From Selaginella moellendorffii (lineage: Eukaryota; Plantae; Lycopodiophyta): a DNA stretch of 64,000 nucleotides. The first letter of the stretch is position 1; each line of letters starts with the position of its first letter. Of this stretch, positions 49,700 through 62,877 are shown one piece after another. Position numbers and translations under genes: made by a program. The stretch is from assembly GCF_000143415.4 (NCBI RefSeq), contig NW_003314392.1, forward strand, positions 158,390-222,389. Reading direction: 5' to 3'. Under the pieces are notes generated by a model that made no database searches, was not told where the DNA came from, and saw only the letters and a program-made list of their open reading frames with translations.

Positions 49700-52600
49700 T
49701 GAACCTTAAAGTGAAATAAAAATGACACTACAAATATGGCAATGGCTAAACAAACATCTAAACATACAACCTTCCATTGTTTCCCCAGTCTTGCAAGTGT
49801 TTGGGGAGCAATCTTGTTTGAACATTTACCCCAAAGATGAATTGGCGAGTAAGATTACTCACCTAGACGTCTAAAGTAGTAAGAAACAAATGCATATAAA
49901 TGAATAGTATGAGGCCTCATGCCAAGAAAATGACTTTATCCCTGTAACGCACTTTATTTCTCTCCCCTTAAACCAATTGGAAAAAGGGCAATTGCTTAAT
50001 GAGAGAGCCTTTAGTGGCTATTTTATCCCCTAAGGTTCTAAGGATCCATGATGATAATATATCTAAATCTCATCCTATAATCACATGCGCTACACTCACC
50101 CCCCCTTTAGAGATGTCAATGTCTTCATGACTATTGACTAACAACTTCTACTGATCCACGGTGATAGTATATCCAAATTTCATCCTATAATCACCCCCTC
50201 TTTAGAGATGTCAATGTCTTTATTGACTATTGACTAACAATTTATACTGATCCACAGTGATAGTATATCCAAATCTCATCCTATAATCACATGCGTTACA
50301 CTCACCCCCCCTTTAGAGATGTCAATGTCTTCATTGATTATTGACTAACAACTTCTACTGATTCACAGTGATAGTATATCCAAATCTCATTCTATAATCA
50401 TATGCGCTACACTCACCCCCCTTTTAGAGATGTCAATGTCTTCATTGACTATTGACTAACAACTTCTACTAATCCATGGTGATAGTATATCCAAATCTCA
50501 TCCTATAATCACATGCGCTACACTCACCCCCCCTTTAGAGATGTTAATGTCTTCATTGAATATTGACTAACAACGTACGTATGGATACCCAATATGTACG
50601 ATTTCAAAATTAAGGGTAAAAATATACCTTGCTCAAAGTTATATTATATTTTTAAGTAGCCACTAATAAATGGGAATCAAACCCATGCCATTTGCTCCGA
50701 TACCACATATAGCGCACCCCTTAAGCTAACTGGAAAAAAGTAGCCCTTAATGGTTATTTTATCTCTATTTATCCCCCAAGGTTCAAAGGATCCACAGTGA
50801 CAATATATCCAAATCGGGTAGTGGAGGTAATTCTATAGAAGGTTATTAGCATAAGGCCTCACACTTAGGAATGGATGGGGTGTGTTTGCCAATTCCTTGA
50901 TAATAATATTATTTGTCCTATAGACAAATGTTCAAGCAAGATTACCATCAAGAAACTACACAACCCAAATCCTTTTAGCACTTTAGCATAAGGCCTCATG
51001 CTAATCCTTAAGCATGAGTCCAGTCACAATGTGTTGATGGAGATTACTAGCATGAGGCCTCACACTTAGATTGCTTGTGATATTTTTCCCAATTTCTTGG
51101 TGACAATCTTATTCACTTGTGCAATAAACATGTATGCAAAGGAGATTGGTGTCGAGAAACTAGGCTAGAGGAGGTGGGTGGGCTTTTTTTCTTGGTGTGA
51201 GGCCTCACACTAATGTTTTTGTGTGAGGTTGGACACCATCCATTTATTGGATTAAGGAATTATGGACTTTCATACACCCCATCCATTCTTGAGCCCTTAT
51301 GCTATTAACCTCCTATAGAATTACTTCCATTACCCCTTTCACTTAGCATGAGGCCTCACACTAAGATCCATTCTCTCCCATTTCAAAAATATTTTAAGTA
51401 ATTCTAATAAGTTCTTTCATGTTTCTAGGCCCAGCAATCTAAAACACTTCTACACAAGTCCATCAAAGTGAAAAGAGGTTGCAACTCCATACAACCACAA
51501 AAGTGGACATTGGAGATTCACAATGATGATCTAGTGTTGTTGGATCTTACCAACCCAAATAGTCCAATATTCTATGGGATTGTCATCAAAGAAGAGGAGA
51601 TTCCTAACAAAGACATGAATAGAGAAGGAGGGCTATTTATACAGAGCTTCAAAAGACATTCATCAGGAATATCATTCAAGACTTAGAGTTTATTCCGTCA
51701 ACTACAATACAGCCTGCAGAGAAAGGAATTGATACAACCTTCACTGCTTATGGAATCCTCAAGGACAAACTAACCTTGTCAAGACAGTCAACAATAGGAT
51801 TCTAACTTAGAGACTTTTTGATCAGAGGGAAATAGAAGAATTGGAGCATCCATTCCATGACCTCTCCAACTACAATCCAAATGATGGACATAAGGTCGAT
51901 CAGGTTGTTGATGATAAACATACATTAAGCGATACATCCTCATTAACATCAATGTCCAATGATTAGGAGAGTGAGGATGATGAAGACAAAGTACAACACA
52001 ATGATAATGAAGAGGATAATAGTGAGACAAAAAGTGACAAGTGATGAAATTCAAGACAAGAGTCCTTCCTCACCATGAAAAGAAGAAGAAGATGATGATG
52101 AACCACCACATAAGAGGGTTAGATGTGAACTTTGGAGCAAGGTTGCAAGCAATAGTGCATGGATGAGCTAGGGACAAAAACCTCCATACAAAGCAAAAAA
52201 AAAAGGTGTCACACAATAAATAAACCAAGAGATGGTAGAAATGAAGGCTCCAAAGAGAGGAGCAAAAGGGTGAAATGATGACAGCACAGTTACAACAATA
52301 GGGGTGAAAAAAAAAACCAGTGTCGATAGGACACCCTTGTTGAGGTACAAGCACTACTACTTCAACGATCAAACAATCTACAAACTCCTAATGTCTCAAT
52401 GCATCATTGATGCAACTCTTTGTCCACAGTGCCCTTAAGGAGTTGATGATTGTACAAGAGAACTCAGTGGATCTAGGTGATGCAATCCTAATTACTATGG
52501 ACAAGGATGGTTGGACATTTGTCGAAAGGATAAGCAAGGAAACAACAAAAAATCCAACAGTCAAATTCATTGTCATATCTAGGTAGGACTTGACAAAAGC

Positions 52601-52800
52601 AATGCAAGAGATCTCTTCTGACCTGATATACACGAAGAAGATGCAGGCAAAATTCTCAATGCAATACTTCTAAATCATGAAAGGATCAACACCACAGGAT
52701 ACCATCATCGAGATACCCAATCTTGTGAACACAAAGGCAAAGAATTAGCACAAAAGTAACCTCAATGACAAGTTTGTACATAGTCGCCACAACTAGAAGA
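49700..52800 (+). mobile_element. Decayed relative of the 13.7-kb transposon: variant palindromes plus a cargo-gene remnant
   Basis: Palindromes near 49904, 50846, 50983, 51047, 51192 and 51343. Translated relics KWTLEIHNDDLVLLD, GIVIKEEEIPNKDM, KFIVISR*DLTKAMQEI and IMKGSTP match, in order, SWTFGMEGEDLMLYN, GILIQVTDTPCSSM, RFYAVSGQHSSLAMQQI and LIKGNSP. Boundaries are approximate. Confidence 0.7.
50043..50575. repeat. Tandem repeat, ~110-bp unit, about 5 copies
   Basis: Units start at about 50043, 50153, 50249, 50360 and 50471 (gatccacggtgatagtatatccaaatctcatcc..). Confidence 0.9.
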
Positions 52801-52801
52801 G

Positions 52802-52940
52802 TGTAAGTGACTAATTTTTCCATTCTACTTTAGTCACTTAACCACACTTCCAACCACTTGGAGGAGTCTCATTCACAACCTCCATAAGTCCAATTCAGGA
52901 TTTGGGACTTGCTAGCCCCGAGAATGGCATCCATGCCACC

Positions 52941-52941
<1 letters not shown>
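52802..52941 (-). mobile_element. LTR terminal fragment of the long-LTR family
   Basis: tgtaagtgactaatttttccattctac.. matches the left end of LTRs A-C. Confidence 0.85.

Positions 52942-52944
<3 letters not shown>

Positions 52945-53000
<56 letters not shown>
52945..53000. repeat. (TA)n microsatellite
   Basis: Direct observation. Confidence 0.95.
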
Positions 53001-53002
<2 letters not shown>

Positions 53003-53093
53003 CATATTATATATATCTCACGCTGTATATGCTATATCTATTTTATAGCCTGTTATTGTGTGTTGTACATATGTGTTCTTCTTCCATTTACTT

Positions 53094-53375
53094 NNNNNNN
53101 NNNNNNNNNNNNNNNNNNNNNNNNNNNNNNNNNNNNNNNNNNNNNNNNNNNNNNNNNNNNNNNNNNNNNNNNNNNNNNNNNNNNNNNNNNNNNNNNNNNN
53201 NNNNNNNNNNNNNNNNNNNNNNNNNNNNNNNNNNNNNNNNNNNNNNNNNNNNNNNNNNNNNNNNNNNNNNNNNNNNNNNNNNNNNNNNNNNNNNNNNNNN
53301 NNNNNNNNNNNNNNNNNNNNNNNNNNNNNNNNNNNNNNNNNNNNNNNNNNNNNNNNNNNNNNNNNNNNNNNNNNN
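53094..53375. other. Assembly gap (N run)
   Basis: Run of N bases. Confidence 0.99.
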
Positions 53376-53749
53376 AAAAGCATATCCATATCTTGAGACA
53401 AAAAAAAATTATTTCTTTGCAATAGCATTAAAAATGCATGATGACATACAACATTTGCAGGCTAGTTGATAGCATTCGCAAGAGCTATTAATAAACTTTG
53501 ACAGCTATTTGTTCCAAACCCTGATCTAAGCTCTCATTATCAAAAACTATCCCTATGATTTGTAAGTGAAAATAAAGCCACTTGACTAAGTACCTGCTGG
53601 AAGCCCTCACAAGTGTCATTTGGCTGGAAGTTGTGCTTTGCATCCTTTGAACAACAATATTGAGAAAATGGGGATATATATTGCAAAAACAAAAAACAAA
53701 AAACAGATGAATTCTTAATTTATTCTTGGGGTACCCAAACATGTTCCCT

Positions 53750-54956
53750 GCCCACCCGCCCTTATTAAACCGATTTGTTGATGAAGCAGCCTCCAAATCG
53801 TTGCACTACAAATAGGTTCTTCCAGTGCTTCATGCAAATCCACATACCGCCTCTGACTGACCACCGTGCCATATACGCACGTCAAAATCGAAGAAGACAT
53901 GAAGAAGTGACCTCAAGCCGCTCTCAACAGATGGCTGAAGTTCACCTGTTTTCCTCCTCCAATGATAGCAACAAGCAGATTGCAATAACGAAGTGATGTT
54001 AAGTACCTGCTCACCAAAAGAAACACGAGCTCCAAATCCGAAATGTCACAGTATCACGTCAAAGCCCAGGCTGTCTGATACAGGTTGAAAGGCAGAAACA
54101 GTCCAATTCGCTGCGCCAATCAGAAGATAATGCTGAGCCCGTGAAGACATGTTCTCACTGCAGGTGCCACCCAAACAAACTTGATAGCAGCAGCTGCATC
54201 CAACGGCAGAAGCGTACAAAAATGGTCACATATGCAAGAAACAGATCTCCAGAAACCAAACCATGTCGAAATTTTCGAAAACGTTGCTCGACCCAGAAGA
54301 TATCCAGGAGACCGTGCACAGTACGCAGCTCGGCAGGGTCCGTGACATAACTTCTGCACCAGATGTCGAAATTGACCAAATAAAGGCAATATAGAATGGT
54401 CAAGAGTTGCCCTATAGCGAAATACCCAGCCTGATGAAGAAGAATCACGTCGATGCACACTCGGGAAGAAAATGCAGCCACTCGCAACATGAGGTCACCG
54501 AATCTAAGCAAAAGTATGAAGAACCTCCCGAAAGCCGTTGGTGTGAGTGAGCAGAGTATACACATGAAGCCTGATGTCTGTAGAGACCTGCCATGTCCTC
54601 ACAGCAGCATATCCTCAAGAATAAGGTCGCAAAAAGCACATAAACCATGAAAGGCTCCCCTGCTGCAGATGCCGCCTAAAAAAAAATGGTAATTGCACAC
54701 AAAGGCAATCGATAGATGCTTGCAGAGGGCCTCTACTTTCCTGAGGTCGAAAGTAACGAAATTTTTATCATATCCGTGAGAAAAACGTGAGCCCATCCAC
54801 TGCGCGCAGATCCGCATAGGCAACGCAATATCTCCTACATCCGATGTCGAAACTGACCGATTTTTGGCGATCTGGAAAGCCCAAAACACGAAAAGCCGAA
54901 CCAGCAGCTCCGCGATTGATTCCATCGCCAGATCTCTTCAAAGCAGCCATCATCAT
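53750..54956 (-). other. Possible multi-exon gene or pseudogene for a hydrophobic protein (unidentified)
   Basis: Higher GC, short exon-like hydrophobic segments (AGYFAIGQLLTILY, SYVTDPAELRTVHGLLDIF); no family recognised. Confidence 0.25.
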
Positions 54957-57900
54957 CGAATAGCTCCTAATTGAGACAAGGAGGCTAGTGAGTCCCCAAC
55001 TCCCGCCTTGAAACTCAAGAGCAGCCGTCTTCCTCCCAGCTCTTCAACCAAAACGCCGCCCTTGCCCTTGAACAACAATATTGAAGGAGTCTCTCAATAC
55101 CCCGTGCTTAACCTCACACCTATCAAAACTTTGAGTACTATGTGGTTCTAATGTCTTTTAAACTTGGAAATTCCTTTTGAACCAAGATAATCATTCCATT
55201 GCATCATAGCTTTAATTAAATGTCATCTTGAATTTGCCATACACAGGTTTTTAGCTGTATAGTTGAGCACATTGAAGATCTGGCTTATTAATATAATTAG
55301 AGATTAGTAAAAAGTTAAATATAAACTATGTGCATATTATACTTCTCTCCTCTCGTCCATTTGAACTATTCGTGTGCAAGCTCCAGGATAACCTCAATGG
55401 ACTCGTGGGGACCAACTTTTCAAACTGTACATAAGGACCAGCTTTTTCAGACTCTAGCATCTCTCTTCTGGCCACACACACAAGGACGTCCTCTCTCACT
55501 CTAGAGTGTAAAGTGACCTGCTTCGTCAAAAGTGCAAAGTTACCAAAAGCTGCAATGTAGGCAAAGAATTGAGCTGGTGCAGTCACTGCTTTGCCTCTGC
55601 AGTCCAGAAAAATTCTCAGATTGATTGTGGACAGAACAAACTATGAAGTTTTACTTACTCTTTTTCACACTGAGCTTTGGCTCCAAACACTTGCACATTG
55701 CCATGTTCTTAACCCATCCAAACATTCTATGTGCATACGTCTTTTGATCCTCTTTTAGTTTCCTCATGTCTGCAGTAGAATCCAGAGACAAACATCAAGC
55801 GATTGAAAATGAAACAGCACAAATGAAACAACACTTTTTTTATGCATATATGTTTTGAGGGATTTCATAGTGGGTTTAGTATTCTTCAGATTTGTAAAAA
55901 AGCTAATTGAGTTTTTTCATAAATGGAATTCTTGTCAATTAAAGCATATAATTAGTCCAGGTCATCATTTGTAACTGTAGGGAGGGATGTGAAAAATGTC
56001 TTAGTCCGCCAAGAAGACTTATACAACACTACCAGTAAATCAATTTAATTCTTGAAGTGTTATTGCAATTAGTTAAATGGATCTGACTAATACATTATTG
56101 ACACTAAATAATATAACGAAATTTTGATACACAATTGTATACTCATGTTGATTATGTGTGTGGAGAGTGTATGGAGAACATAAAATTACTCATTAAAGTT
56201 CTTTATATATGACTGTTTTGAAGCATATAAAACTTTCAAGAAATGAGACCATATGAGTTTAAAATATTTTGAAAACTGAACACCAATTATAAATATAATT
56301 AGATTATTAAATTATTTATTTTTTAATTAAAAACATAGATCTAGAACATTACCATGTATATAATAATATTAACATATCATATATATGATAATATATTTAT
56401 AGTAATATAATAAAATTTTCAACATATAATATATATAAGGTTAATTTCTTTTGTATTTGCATTTCAAAAAATATATTTTTTTGTATCAATATTATCAGTT
56501 TTTAGTAAAGTGTTATTTTTCATCACTCTACTTAATGATTCTCTTGTATTATAAATTACATTGTTCAAACCTAGATTTTAAAGAACATAAAACTAAAAAT
56601 TATAAAATTAGATCTAACATACTACTACTAGCAGGGATCCCAGCTAGAAGTAGAGAATGTTTTCAATCTGAAAAAAAAATTTAGCAGCCTTTTTGTTTGT
56701 GCTTATGTATTGAGTTTAAAAATGTTCTCTACTTCTCTCACTTGACTGGATATTTGATTGATATAGGTTTTTAGACAGTTTAGGACTTAGATCTCCTTTG
56801 CTGTTAAAAGATGAAAAACACTGTGTTTACAGAATCGAGCTTTTAGAAATAAAAAGAGAAAATTCATAGCATAACAAGGACCCAACAATGAGGTATAAGT
56901 CCTTCTCAGCTTCATATTGAATCTTTAGTGTAGCATAGTTAGCGTGAAGCTGCTACTGAGGCTTACAGCTTTGATTTCAATCTGTGTTTTATTTTTATTT
57001 TTTTTGTTATTTCTCAAGACCATTTTTGAGCCACGAAATCACAAACATCATGCAGCTGCAACAGCAGAGACATGTTGGTGATCCTTGTTAAGTTCTTAAG
57101 TGTTGTGTCATAACTCTTAGAAATGGAGTTCTACCTCAGCTGGATTCAAAACTAAAGGATGATTGAAATCAGCAAACATGAGGAAGATATGCAAATTGTA
57201 AGCTTAGTGTAGATGATGTACTTGCTGACAAATCTCACAGATGGTGTCCTCTTTTTAGTTGCACGAGTGTTGCACATACTTTTGATAAGCATACTACCAA
57301 ACACAAAAGAGAGAAAAAGAAATGAGGAAGAAGCAGAAACTTGCTTAGAACTCTTAGACAACACGAAGAACAAAGTCCTTACCTTCAACCTGTCGCAACA
57401 AGAGCATGGAATTTTGTGATTCCCAGTCTTGCCCTCCTCCTGTCAAATTCTACTTTTGCCTTGCTGGGATTTTAGGGATGGTGGCTTTGTGGAGTGTTCT
57501 TTGTGATGGTGGTGATGCTGCTTATTATTGAAAAACTGGTTTTGGATCAGTAGAGACAAGCTGTTTCCATTCTTCTGGAAATGGGATTTGCCCAAACCAG
57601 TGCCAAATTTCTCAATGGTGAGAATTGCTCATCACCTACTGAGCATGGCAGAGTTCTCCTTGTTCAATATCTCCAACCAGACTGTTAACAAGTTCCATGG
57701 TGCAATGCTCCTAGCCACCATGGAATCAAGGCATGCTGGTTATGTCCTTTGCTCTCCACACACGTCTTATAGATCGACTTGGATGCATAATTTCATGTTT
57801 TTATTCTCAAAGTTTTGGTTTTGTTACAACAAATAGTTTGTTCATATTAGGTTTCTGAGTTCATGTTGAAGAATGGAGTGCACAGTGGATGGGCTGAAAA

Positions 57901-58670
57901 AGGTCAAAGACAACCTAGAGGAGGAAATTGTGCTGAGGATTACAAAATTGGATTCCAAACTTAGTGCTATTGTGGGAAAAATTTGTGTAACTGATGAAAA
58001 TAAAGTTATGGAAGCATATGCATCCTTTCATATGGCATATGCCCAAATCAACATTTTTACATCCTTTATACTCCTCTATAGCAATGGCTTTGTCAGGTAT
58101 ATGTTTCCAAGCCCCACACTACAGTGAGCATAGTTTTCATTTGTTTAAGAGTTTAGAAATATAACAGTGTTTGTTTGTTTTTTCAGATGAAAAAACGAAC
58201 ATACATAAGTAAATTTATTAATATTGTTACTATATTTATATTAAACCTCATAAGCCAAATCGTTCTAGACATATTGAGAAATTATAAATTGATAAAATCT
58301 AAGAAATGTATTTATGTTTATTAATTAATACGTTAATAAACTTACATTCAAATAAAAAAGTATAAAAAAACTTCATCGGTGTGTTACACAAATTATTGAT
58401 TTCGAAAGATAAATTGAGTTGAGACTTTTATGAATAATAACTTATAAATACTAAATTTAATTATATTTAAACTTAAATTTTTTATATATGGTTTTTATAA
58501 CATATTATCGAATTATTAAAATATAATAATTATAAAAATATGCATAATGGGAAATTTCACATTAACTTTATTGTTTTTTAGCTTTAACTTCAATACATTT
58601 AACTCCAAATTCATCTAAAATAAAATAAATTTTTTGAATAACTGTAAATAATGTAACTTCTTAGCTCCAA

Positions 58671-58674
<4 letters not shown>

Positions 58675-58705
<31 letters not shown>
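58675..58705. repeat. (TA)n microsatellite
   Basis: Direct observation. Confidence 0.95.
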
Positions 58706-58708
<3 letters not shown>

Positions 58709-59899
58709 TGTGTGTTTGTGTGAGTGCATAGAATATGAAAAAGGAATACAGAAAATGTGCATATCAATTAGCCCAAAAACCCTAGCTTATATATAGGAGC
58801 AAGTGGTTTAGATTGATAAACATATATGTACATTACCCTATTCCCAAAGGTATCAAAACAACATTAAAAGTGCACTCTCAAAGAAACTAGTGAAGCTACG
58901 AGCACGAATGGCCGGTGCTATTCTTAGGCCATCTGCCTCTCAAGTGACTCCACCGCAAAACTTGAAGCCACTTGCTACACTCTATGACTTGTGAGACTTG
59001 CCATGGAGCGCTCCACCACCAATATACCTTTAGTGCCAAAATAGCGTCCAATCACAATAATATTCCAACACGTGAGGTGTGAACATCCTCCAACTTAAGG
59101 CTGGAGTGTGTTACCTTGCCTCCCACACAAGACAAGTGTGTTAGCTCATCTTTGCTAGAGTTCTAGCCCTGCAATAGGGACTAAAGAAAGGGCATGAACC
59201 TCCTCCTAAGGGAACAAAGCTTCAGAATAGGTGTTCGAGAAGAGATATATGGATCCTCTATACGTGTAACACCAAATCAACTTCATTTTCCACTGGTCCC
59301 AATTGTGGTAGCAGTCCTTGCCACTAGATCCAAAAATCCTCCCTTCCTGATCATCCTCAAAACAAGATATCATGCATGGTCTTCTAAAGATAATCCAAAA
59401 AGTTAGGAACTTTTTCAAATTTTAGCTACTCCAAGTCACCCCTAAAGTGACATCTAACTCCACCAATCCTTGACCGCTACCATTTTTGTCATGTGTTAAG
59501 ACAAGCAAGATCACATAGAGAATGGTCTGGATTGAAACCAATCTGACGGCTACCAAAATCGCACTATGTTAATATTTGTATATGGCATCGTAGCCGTACA
59601 CTTAGACCTCACATCATCCCCTCCTCTCAGAATAATGAAAGACCATCAAGGTTCTCTTGTAGATGGGTGGGGATCTGGAGGAACGTCAGGAGGAGGTATC
59701 AGCAGATTTGTAGGTGGTATCAACTGTTCCTAATTCTTTTGTACGAAGCGTTTCAACCACTGCACATACACAATTTTTGGAGGATCGGCTTGCTGGACAT
59801 CATGCCAAACCTCATAAACTTGTGGTCCAATTTGCCACAACACCTAATACAGTCTTTTTCACTGAGTAAATAAACCACATATTGTAAGATGGGGAAAAC

Positions 59900-60900
59900 A
59901 GACTAACACCAAGTTATCCACTTTATACTCTGCAGATGGACGATGATGGGAGTTGTAGTGTTGTTGTTGTCCCACATGTACACGGCCTAAGTGTTTAGCA
60001 GACTCCGCTTAGATAAGTGGAAGAATACTCGTCAAATACTAATCCCACGATCTAGCATTGGCAACTCATGGCAATCGCGAAGGTAAATTCAGCTCCATTG
60101 ATAATATTAGATTGTGACCATATAGGAGTTTATATGGTGAAGTACTAACAGAACTCTGCACCCCTGTGATATATGCATACTAAAGAGAGGGCAAATAACC
60201 ATCCCAATCTGGATGCTGAAAGTTCACATACTTCGTGATCATTCCTTTGAATGTCCAAATGAGCTGTTCTACCAAACTGTTTGACTGTGGATTATAAACA
60301 CTCGCAAAAGTGTGGCATATCCCCAACCGAGATGTCAAAACATAAAATGCCTAAGCCATAAATATGGGACCATTATCTGAAAGAATCCCCTTTGGACAAA
60401 AATATTAAAACACCACTCAATTGAGAAGGAAGTATCCAACAGTAATTGCAAAGGCACTAACAAGAGCACCAACTTCCGCCTAGCAAGTTAAATAGTCAGA
60501 AGCAATAATAACATATTCATTGTTAGCAATCAATCGTAGAAAAGGTCCCATAAGATCAAACACCACCGACTCAAACGAACAGAAAATTGCAATTAACTCT
60601 AATCATCCTTCCGCAACACGAGGGGGAGTACTACGAGCTTGGCACTAAATGCAACTACGCACATACTGGATAACATCATGTCGCATCTTTGGCTAATAGA
60701 AAGACCTGTGAAACTTCTTAGTCACATGACAATGTCCCATATGCCCACCTAGAACAGGAGAATCATGGTAAACCATAGAATAAAGATGGAAGGCACCACC
60801 AGCCATAAATGATTATCATAATTCATCCCCACAAAATAAAGAAGAAGAAGGCCATCTTCAAGGTGGTATTGAGAATGTAAATGCTGGAATAGCAAGTCAT
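59900..60900 (-). pseudogene. Ty3/Gypsy integrase remnant
   Basis: GGHMG..RSFY*PKMRHDVIQYVRSCI*CQ (zinc finger), VVFDLMGPF and ILSDNGPIF (core), with many stops. Confidence 0.8.
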
Positions 60901-61087
60901 CAGCAAATGATGCAAGATTCTTAAACTCATATCGAAGCCTTTGAATCTATAGCTCAATCTTTTGAGCCTCGTGAACCTCATCAAGAGAGGGTAAATTTTG
61001 CTTTACAACTTATGGACATTGAACGTCAAGTACAACAAGAACACACTAAATTTACAACACTTACCGCAATCATGTCCATGTGCTGCT

Positions 61088-61305
61088 ATGGTGGAGAACA
61101 ACCTCTAGGCAATCGGTGGGGACGACTTTTAAGCTATGTCAGTGCTAGAGATCTAAAAGAAAAGAGAGGCTTTTGTATGCATGGCGTTCACATCAATGGA
61201 ATGGACGTGCTCAAAGTTGGTGAGGTGGCCAAGGAAGCCATTGCAAGAGCTTGGAGAGGTGATGGCAGAGTGTGAGACTTATCAGTATATAGAGGTCATT
61301 CCAGA
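61088..61305 (+). pseudogene. Pyruvate dehydrogenase E1 alpha (plastid-type) fragment
   Basis: VVENNL*AIG..GVHINGMDVLKVGEVAKEAIARAWRGDG..ECETY..RGHS, with frameshifts. Confidence 0.8.
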
Positions 61306-61429
61306 CAAGCACCACAAGCCTATATAGAGGTCATTCCAGACAAGCACCACAAGCCTGGTAAGTTCCTCTCTTTGTTCTTTGCTCTTTGGAGTTTCTTCTT
61401 TGGTTCTTTGGAAGCTAAACTTCATTCTT

Positions 61430-61520
61430 TCTTTCTGTCCAGGGTATGAGCTCGCCAAGATGCTCCTTGGCGTGTTCTTGCACCATCTTGTCACCCAGTT
61501 CCACATGTCGCTCCTCGAAC
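61430..61520 (+). pseudogene. Cytochrome P450 heme-binding fragment (CYP85-clan-like)
   Basis: FCPGYELAKMLLGVFLHHLVTQF. Confidence 0.65.
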
Positions 61521-61644
61521 CAAACGCGTTGATCCACTCGCAGCTCCCTCCCCATCAAACTAACAAAACTCTCAAATCGTCAGAGTTTTGGAAACCGTGG
61601 AATGGCCAAATCGTTTAATATGAGAAATACCCCTGCACTCACCC

Positions 61645-62829
61645 TCAGTGTCCGGCGGTTCGTGCAGAGAAAAGCGAGACAATTTCAGGGTCAATCTGTC
61701 TAACAGCCACTTGCATGCTGTCAGGGAGCTCCCTGGGAACGTTGGAGCTCTCAATTACTACTGGAGTACTGAATGCTTGACGTTTGTTGCCACCTATTGC
61801 AGCGTACCCGTAATCTTTGCTCACCGTGAAGCCTGTCACTCTGATACGTTCGTAGGCACTCACAATCTGTCAAAAAATGATACAAGACATTACAAACAAA
61901 CATTGAGCTAGGTACCCTTTTGAAATCATTGTCGTCTGTTTTGCCTCCGTTTTTATCTGGATGGTTTTTGGCGGCCAACATCCTGTAGGCAGTGCGTACC
62001 TTGCAAAGAAATTTAGAAGTTAGAGAGGTAAAAGCTGAGGCTTGTAATGTGATACCTGGGATGCAGAAGCATTTCTCTGCAGGCCAAGAGTTGCATATGG
62101 GCATTCGCTAGCAGATGCTGCCGCCTCCTCTGCTTTCTTTGCATTGAAACAGCTCCCAAGGACGAGCTCGTAAAAGTCGTTTGCTGGTTCATACGCGTAT
62201 TCCAAACTGGAAAGCAGATAGAGTCACGCAAACTCAAACTCTGGTTGCTTACTCGGATCGAGGAATCTGCCTCAAAGACGCGGATGCTTTAGCTCCACAT
62301 TCTGCAACTTCCCTTGGCAGCAAAGGAAAGGACATGTCAGAGGCGATGGATTTAATCTACCACGTTTACCGGCAGAGGAAACGGATGGCTTTGGGAAGAG
62401 CTTGGGCAGCATCTTCCTCGGATACCAAGGCTAGCTCCGCCACAGGAAGCCAGTCGTCCAGCTTCTTGCTCTGCGCGGAGCCCCTCTGCCTCAAGCAAAC
62501 CACAAACTCTCGTATCTTGCGATCCGGGGAGAAATCGTCCAAGAGCCGGTCATAGAGCTGCTCCGACCTTCTGAGCAAAACGCTGGCACTTGATGCTGAA
62601 GCCACGGTTCTCCAGATTAAAACCAGAGCCAAAGCCAATCAGTAGCCTTACCAGCGGTTTTCGGCGGCGCTCTTGCTCCAAATCCTAGGCCCGGCGCACG
62701 AGCCGCCGCACTCTTGGCAGACTTGGCGCCACAGCGGACAATGGCCTTCTTGAGGGATCTTGCATTCTGTCCTTGGCGAGGCCTTGGCCAAAGCCTGGCA
62801 ACGCCGTGGCACTGCCAGCAAGCCTCCAT
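61645..62829 (-). CDS. DnaJ-domain protein, about 6 exons, putative plastid transit peptide
   Basis: J-domain CPYATLGLQRNASASQ|VRTAYRMLAAKNHPDKN..FKR|IVSAYERI with the HPD motif; short GT-AG introns; R/A/S-rich N-terminus from the ATG at 62829. Confidence 0.8.
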
Positions 62830-62877
62830 AGGGTTTATGGATTTATTCCCGCATATCATATGTACAATTGCGCAACG

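Noticed and set aside
52909-53469. ORFs spanning the (TA)n tract and N run
   Set aside because: Artefacts of the microsatellite and the assembly gap.
56830-58130. Multi-exon coiled-coil gene
   Set aside because: Exon-like pieces with stops and no recognisable family; support is insufficient.
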